Assembly (NCBI GenBank): GCA_965223505.1
Contig: CBDCWP010000041.1
Location: 100,994-164,993, forward strand
DNA: 64,000 nucleotides
Reading direction: 5' to 3'
Source of the DNA: Planctomycetota bacterium
GTDB lineage: Bacteria > Planctomycetota > PLA2 > JAEUHO01
Shown: positions 61,101 through 64,000 of the stretch, one piece after another
How the letters are laid out: each line of letters begins with the position of its first letter
Position numbering within the stretch: position 1 is the first letter of the stretch
The notes under the pieces: model-generated
Databases searched by the model: none
The model's input: the letters and a program-made list of their open reading frames with translations, nothing else
Told to the model about the DNA's origin: nothing
Made by a program: the position numbers and the translations under genes

Positions 61101-61203
61101 TTGGCGTCCTGAACGGGTCGTTCCAGGCGGGACGAGAATACCACGCTGGTCCGGGCGTCATGAATACGCGGCAAAGCGAGCAACGCCCTACAATCCGCGG
61201 CCC

Positions 61204-62544
61204 ATGACACGCGACCTCCCCGACCGCGTCCGCACGCGCGCCGATGTGGACAGCCTGCTGGCGCTGACCACGAATTACGAAGAGCGGCTGCCGCGGGACC
61301 CGTCCAAGCGGATGTTCAAGCTCGAACGTGTCTCCGCGCTGCTGGCGGCGGTGGGCGATCCGCAGACGAGCGCCCGAACCACCCACGTCGCGGGGTCGAA
61401 GGGCAAGGGATCGGTCGCGCGCATGATCGCGCACGTGCTCGGGCGACAGGCACCGGGGCCGGTCGGCCTGTTCACCTCGCCGCACTTGCAGGACTTGTCC
61501 GAGCGCATCGCCATCGACGGCGCGCCGATCTCCGGCGACGCGATGGCGCGCGCGGCGAACGCCATGCTCGCGTATCTGCGCGCGGTGCGCGGCACGGACG
61601 CGGCGCCGACGTTCTTCGAGATCGTCACGTGCATGGCGTGGCTCGCGTTCCGCGAGGCGGGCTGCGCCGACGTGGTCCTCGAGACCGGGCTCGGCGGCCG
61701 CCTCGACGCAACCAACGTCTGCGTCCCGGCGGTGACGGTCATCACGACGATCGAGCTCGAGCACACGCGGTTGCTGGGGGACACGATCGAACAGATCGCC
61801 GCGGAGAAGGCCGGCATCCTGAAGGCCGGCGTGCCCGCGATCACCACGGCGACGGGGGCTGCGTTGGACGTGATTGACACGCACGCGAGCGGGATCGGCG
61901 CGCCGCTGTGTGCGGTCGGCCGCGAGGCGCGGCTCGCGGACGTCGTCGCCGCGCCCGGGCCCGAGCTCTCCTTCGCGCTTCACGCCGACGACGAGACGCA
62001 CGCTTTGCGACTCCCGCTCGCGGGTATCCATCACGCGCCGAACGCGGCGGCGGCGTTCCTCGCGCTGAACGTGCTAGGCGTTGCCCCCGTGGACATCGAG
62101 GCGGCGTTTCGGGACGTGCGGCTGCCCGGGGTCGTGGAGCCGATCGGCGACGCCCCGGTGGTCATCGTGGACGGCGCGCACACGCCGCGCTCGGCCGAGA
62201 CGACGGACGCCGCGCTCGACGCGTGCTGGCCGGGGGTGCCGCGCGTGCTGCTGATCGGGATGCTGCGCGACAAGGACGCGGCGGCGGTGGGCCGGCCGCT
62301 GATGCGCGACGCGGTGGCAGTCATCACGACGGAGGTGGACTCGCTGCGAACGATGAAGGCCGCCGAGCTGGCGCAGACGCTCGGCTCGATGACGGAGTCG
62401 ATCGACGCCATGCCCGACACGGCCCAGGCGCTCGAGACCGCGCGCCGCCGTGCGCGGGAGGTGGACGGCCTCGTGCTGGCGAGCGGCAGTGTGTACCTGG
62501 CGGGCAGGGTCAAGTCGCTGATGCGCAGCGCCGAACCGGCGTAG
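61204..62544 (+). CDS. folC: Folylpolyglutamate synthase / dihydrofolate synthase
   Basis: HVAGSKGKGS, FTSPHL..ERI, TFFE, ETGLGGRLDATN, EKAGI.K, DGAH. Confidence 0.93.
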   Translation: MTRDLPDRVRTRADVDSLLALTTNYEERLPRDPSKRMFKLERVSALLAAVGDPQTSARTTHVAGSKGKGSVARMIAHVLGRQAPGPVGLFTSPHLQDLSERIAIDGAPISGDAMARAANAMLAYLRAVRGTDAAPTFFEIVTCMAWLAFREAGCADVVLETGLGGRLDATNVCVPAVTVITTIELEHTRLLGDTIEQIAAEKAGILKAGVPAITTATGAALDVIDTHASGIGAPLCAVGREARLADVVAAPGPELSFALHADDETHALRLPLAGIHHAPNAAAAFLALNVLGVAPVDIEAAFRDVRLPGVVEPIGDAPVVIVDGAHTPRSAETTDAALDACWPGVPRVLLIGMLRDKDAAAVGRPLMRDAVAVITTEVDSLRTMKAAELAQTLGSMTESIDAMPDTAQALETARRRAREVDGLVLASGSVYLAGRVKSLMRSAEPA

Positions 62545-62553
62545 TCGGCGCCG

Positions 62554-63483
62554 CTACTCGGGGGTCGAGAAGATCTTCGACAGCCACCCGCGCTTGCGCT
62601 CGCGCGGCGGCAACACCGCGGGCGCGACCGCGGTACCCAGCTGTATGGCTTGCAGCGCGGCGACGAGTTCCGACGCCGATCGATAGCGCTGCGCGGGGTT
62701 CTTGCGCAGGCACCGCAACACGACGATGCGCAACGGAGACGGGAGGTCCTCGCGCAGCTCGCGCGGATCGCGCGGGGGCTCTTCGACCTGCTTCTTCGTG
62801 ATCTCGATCGCGTACTTGCCGTCGAAGGGCGGCCGGCCCGTTAGCAGGTGATAGAGCACGCAGCCGAAAGAGTAGATGTCCGCCCGCGTATCGACCAGGC
62901 GTGCCGACTCGACCACCTCCGGCGACATGTAGCGCGCGGCGCGCTTGTCGACGTCGAACCACGTCTGGCTCGCGTCGCCGTCGTAGAGCTTCGAGAGCGA
63001 GAAGCCGCGCAGCTTGGCCACGCCCGAGTCCGCCAGGACGATGGCCTCCGGCGTCACGCCGCGGTGGATGACGCGCACGCTCTCGAGATGGGCGAGCGCG
63101 CTGGCGATGTCGCGGGCAATCGCCAGACAGCGCCGGATCGGGATCCACTCGCCGCTCGCGAGCATTGCCGAGAGCCGTTGTCCCCCGGCGTACTCGGACG
63201 CGATGAACTTGTGGCCGTGCACCGACCCGGCATCGACGGCGCAAACGACGTTGGGATGGTTGATGCGTGACGCGGCGGCGGTCTGCCGCTCGAAGCGCTT
63301 CTTGAACGCGGCCTTGCCCTCTTGCGGCTTGGGAAGCACCGTCAACGTGACGATGCGGTCCACCGACGTCTGCCGCGCGAGGAAGATCCGCGCTCCCGCG
63401 GCGCGGTCGACCAGCTCCAGGATCTTGTAGCCGCCGAACGTCGTGGGCACGCCGGCGAGCTGATCGAGGTCGGGGGAGGCCAT
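62554..63483 (-). CDS. Hanks-type Ser/Thr kinase-fold pseudokinase
   Basis: HPNVV, YMSPE, DIYSFGCVLY.LLTG.PPF retained; catalytic motifs altered (VTLT, HRG, GFS). Confidence 0.85.
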   Translation of the reverse strand: MASPDLDQLAGVPTTFGGYKILELVDRAAGARIFLARQTSVDRIVTLTVLPKPQEGKAAFKKRFERQTAAASRINHPNVVCAVDAGSVHGHKFIASEYAGGQRLSAMLASGEWIPIRRCLAIARDIASALAHLESVRVIHRGVTPEAIVLADSGVAKLRGFSLSKLYDGDASQTWFDVDKRAARYMSPEVVESARLVDTRADIYSFGCVLYHLLTGRPPFDGKYAIEITKKQVEEPPRDPRELREDLPSPLRIVVLRCLRKNPAQRYRSASELVAALQAIQLGTAVAPAVLPPRERKRGWLSKIFSTPE

Positions 63484-63547
63484 TGCCGGAGTGTACCGAG
63501 CGGCGGCGAGCGCGCACCTGGCCGAACGGCCGGCCGAGGGCGTTGGT

Positions 63548-64000
63548 CTACTCCGAGAGGCTCTCCCAGATGCGCAGGTACGAGTCGAAGCGCTGGGGGG
63601 CGATCTCGCCCTCCAACAACGCTTCCTGCACTGCGCACTCGGGCTCGTGGGTGTGGCTGCAGTCCGGGTAGCGGCAGCCGGGCGCCACGTCGGCGATGTC
63701 CTTGTAGAGCCACCCCAGATCGCGCTGCGGAATCCCGTACAGCCCGAACTCGCGAATGCCCGCGGTGTCGATCACGGCGCCGCCGCCTTCGAGCGGAATC
63801 CACACGGCCGCCGTCGTCGTGTGCTTGCCGCGCCGGCTGACAGGGTTCACCTCCCCCACCGCCAGACCGAGCCCGGGCTGCACCGCGTTCAGCAACGACG
63901 ACTTCCCCACGCCGCTGTGCCCCGTGACCACCGTGTTGTGTCCGTCGAGCGCGTTCGCGACGCCGTCGATGCCGGTTCGTTCCGTCGCGCTCGCCGTCAA
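63548..64000 (-). CDS. rsgA: Ribosome small subunit-dependent GTPase A, 3' part
   Basis: GHSGVGKSSLLN, GKHTTT, DTAGIR, CRYPDCSHTHEPEC zinc finger. Confidence 0.95.
   Translation of the reverse strand: MTASATERTGIDGVANALDGHNTVVTGHSGVGKSSLLNAVQPGLGLAVGEVNPVSRRGKHTTTAAVWIPLEGGGAVIDTAGIREFGLYGIPQRDLGWLYKDIADVAPGCRYPDCSHTHEPECAVQEALLEGEIAPQRFDSYLRIWESLSE

Overview
High-GC bacterial chromosome segment. The gene content (ECF sigma factors with extensions, prenyltransferase-repeat and Ig-rich secreted proteins, orphan GspG, MoxR) suggests an uncultured Planctomycetota; that placement is inference. It holds about 50 CDS and two divergent tRNAs (Leu-UAA, Cys-GCA). Recognisable blocks: a phosphatase operon (phoD plus a Tat metallophosphoesterase), an RND pump, and two ECF loci (one frameshifted). 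A tRNA-Cys-adjacent islet carries a TIR-TM-ectodomain protein, a PI-PLC-like protein bracketed by 43-bp direct repeats, and a small 3-TM protein. There is also a cyanophycin cluster (iadA-cphB-cphA plus a CphA paralogue lacking the ATP-grasp domain), a polyphosphate operon (pap-ppk1-AstE/AspA-CHAD/CYTH) and housekeeping genes (ung, TatD-radical SAM, aroB, folC, rsgA). The best signals are absent from the ORF track because they contain in-frame TGA. One is a CxxU SelW/Rdx selenoprotein (8779-9012). The other is a candidate, apparently undescribed 38-aa selenocysteine lipopeptide (15028-15144) with a SECIS-like hairpin, lying directly downstream of an ECF sigma/anti-sigma pair. All calls were read by eye; no searches were run.
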